DNA from: Negaprion brevirostris
Taxonomy: Eukaryota
Assembly: GCA_030324005.1 (NCBI GenBank)
Contig: JARDVH010000124.1
Span: forward strand, 33,397,173-33,461,143
Direction: 5' to 3'
DNA length: 63,971 nt
This document shows positions 62,839-63,971 of the stretch, one piece after another; within the stretch, counting starts at the first letter, position 1; each line of letters opens with the position of its first letter. Made by a program: the position numbers and the translations under genes. Under the pieces are notes generated by a model. It was not told where the DNA came from. It worked only from the letters and a program-made list of their open reading frames with translations, and ran no database searches.

Positions 62839-63609
62839 TATACAGTTATTACAACATATGTTAGGCTATTTGCAGATTTAGTTAGAAGCATTATTGGTGA
62901 TATGTTGAATCTGAAAAGACTGTGTTACTTCCTTTCTAAATTATGCTGTTCTGGTCAAACTTGATTCCAAATTTCCTTTACACGAATATGGGTATATTTT
63001 ACAAGCTTTTCATCAGAAATAAACGATCAGACTCTTCAAATAGAGTGTTAAAGTTTAATGCAATTTGCTACAAAATTAAAATATCAGATAAGTGGTAAAT
63101 ACAGTCACTAATTTATGAATTGTATAGTTTTCAGATATTTTTAGCAGTTACAGATTATACTCATTGCTGGTTATCTGATGAATGGCTAAATGTAGCACTT
63201 GCAGGTTATGACAAATATTGGCAATCAACAGTAGAGCCATTAATATTCTTACCATGGTGAGCAATATCACTCTTTAAGGAGTCACTCTGCGCAGTCAGAT
63301 GTGTAAAAATACAATAATAAAACCAACATGCTGAATGAAGCATGATACCTGTATAAGGCAAGAAATTCAACACTGTAATTTGTGACTCTTTTAAACTGCT
63401 CTTAGTATACGCTCACGGTTTATGATGTCATCTGATTAAACTACAGCTTTATAATTCACAGCGAAACATTCCTTATTCCCAGTATGGACTTTATTCTTAT
63501 TTCAGCTGTGCAAAAAAATTCTGTGAAGTGGTTTTTATAGCTCTGAGGTGGTGTTTTTAATAAGTAAAATTTAACAGATGTATAATGATTTTTTTTACGT
63601 TAATCTCAG

Positions 63610-63780
63610 GTGCCAATTATTGTGCCCTGTCACCGAGTGATCTGCAGCAATGGACAGATTGGTAATTATATAGGAGGAAGAGGAAATCACCTCAAACAAT
63701 GGCTACTGACACATGAGAAGCTTCTGAAAGAGAGCCGAAAAACATCTCGGGGACCTTGTCCAATCCTGCCACACAGCTAG
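63610..63780 (+). CDS. MGMT: MGMT terminal coding exon with catalytic PCHR motif
   Basis: Acceptor tttttttacgttaatctcag|. Translates [56 protein letters not shown], with the PCHRV, GNY and WLLxHE signatures. In frame with the upstream exon (NP|VP). Confidence 0.97.
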   Translation: MPIIVPCHRVICSNGQIGNYIGGRGNHLKQWLLTHEKLLKESRKTSRGPCPILPHS

Positions 63781-63802
63781 AATGTACGCCAACAATATTC
63801 AG

Positions 63803-63808
63803 AATAAA
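63803..63808 (+). promoter_or_regulatory. Candidate polyadenylation signal AATAAA
   Basis: Begins 23 nt after the MGMT stop codon. Whether it is used cannot be shown from sequence. Confidence 0.45.
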
Positions 63809-63971
63809 GCAAGCTCTTAACACATCCACTATTATTTAGGGAATTTGTAAATATTTGAGTGACTTAAAAAGATAAAAGAAACTTGAGAGTCAGATGCGTG
63901 ATGGCACCACCACTATATTAAAAAGCCTGGATCCATCCTGAGGGACGGGAGCCTTTCTTGTTTTTACATTT

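Larger units (their letters stand above)
32955..63609 (+). other. MGMT: MGMT last intron (GT-AG, 30,655 bp including N gaps)
   Basis: Canonical donor and acceptor join the two exons in frame at the NP|VP junction. Confidence 0.92.

Noticed and set aside
1-63971. CRISPR arrays, operons, nested host genes or endogenous viral genes
   Set aside because: No regularly spaced repeats, and no remaining short ORF has a recognisable non-TE domain. Small exons or non-coding RNAs cannot be excluded without transcript data.

Overview
Repeat-rich vertebrate genomic DNA from a gapped draft assembly. The SINE/LINE inventory (HE1-type V-SINEs, CR1, Deu-domain SINEs) points to a cartilaginous fish, probably a shark. 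The only host gene I can support is MGMT (O6-methylguanine-DNA methyltransferase) on the + strand. Its penultimate coding exon is at 32815-32954 and its terminal exon, with the PCHR active site, is at 63610-63780; a 30,655-bp intron separates them and the ORF track misses both. Positions 1-32814 are most likely the preceding intron. The rest is decayed mobile DNA (CR1, Rex1, Tx1-like and Penelope retroelements, several SINE families, PIF/Harbinger remnants and MITEs) interleaved with TE-poor AT-rich stretches that are candidate conserved enhancers. I found no new protein-coding system. The best leads are: (i) three apparent SINE-LINE tail partnerships, including a V-SINE subfamily whose tail may mimic the Rex1 3' stem-loop; (ii) a 60-bp Penelope hairpin with a decayed hammerhead core and a 14-bp target-site duplication; (iii) a two-gene Harbinger fossil; (iv) candidate enhancers. 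Repeat boundaries were read by eye (about +/-20-50 bp) and family names come from recalled consensus features, not from a database search.
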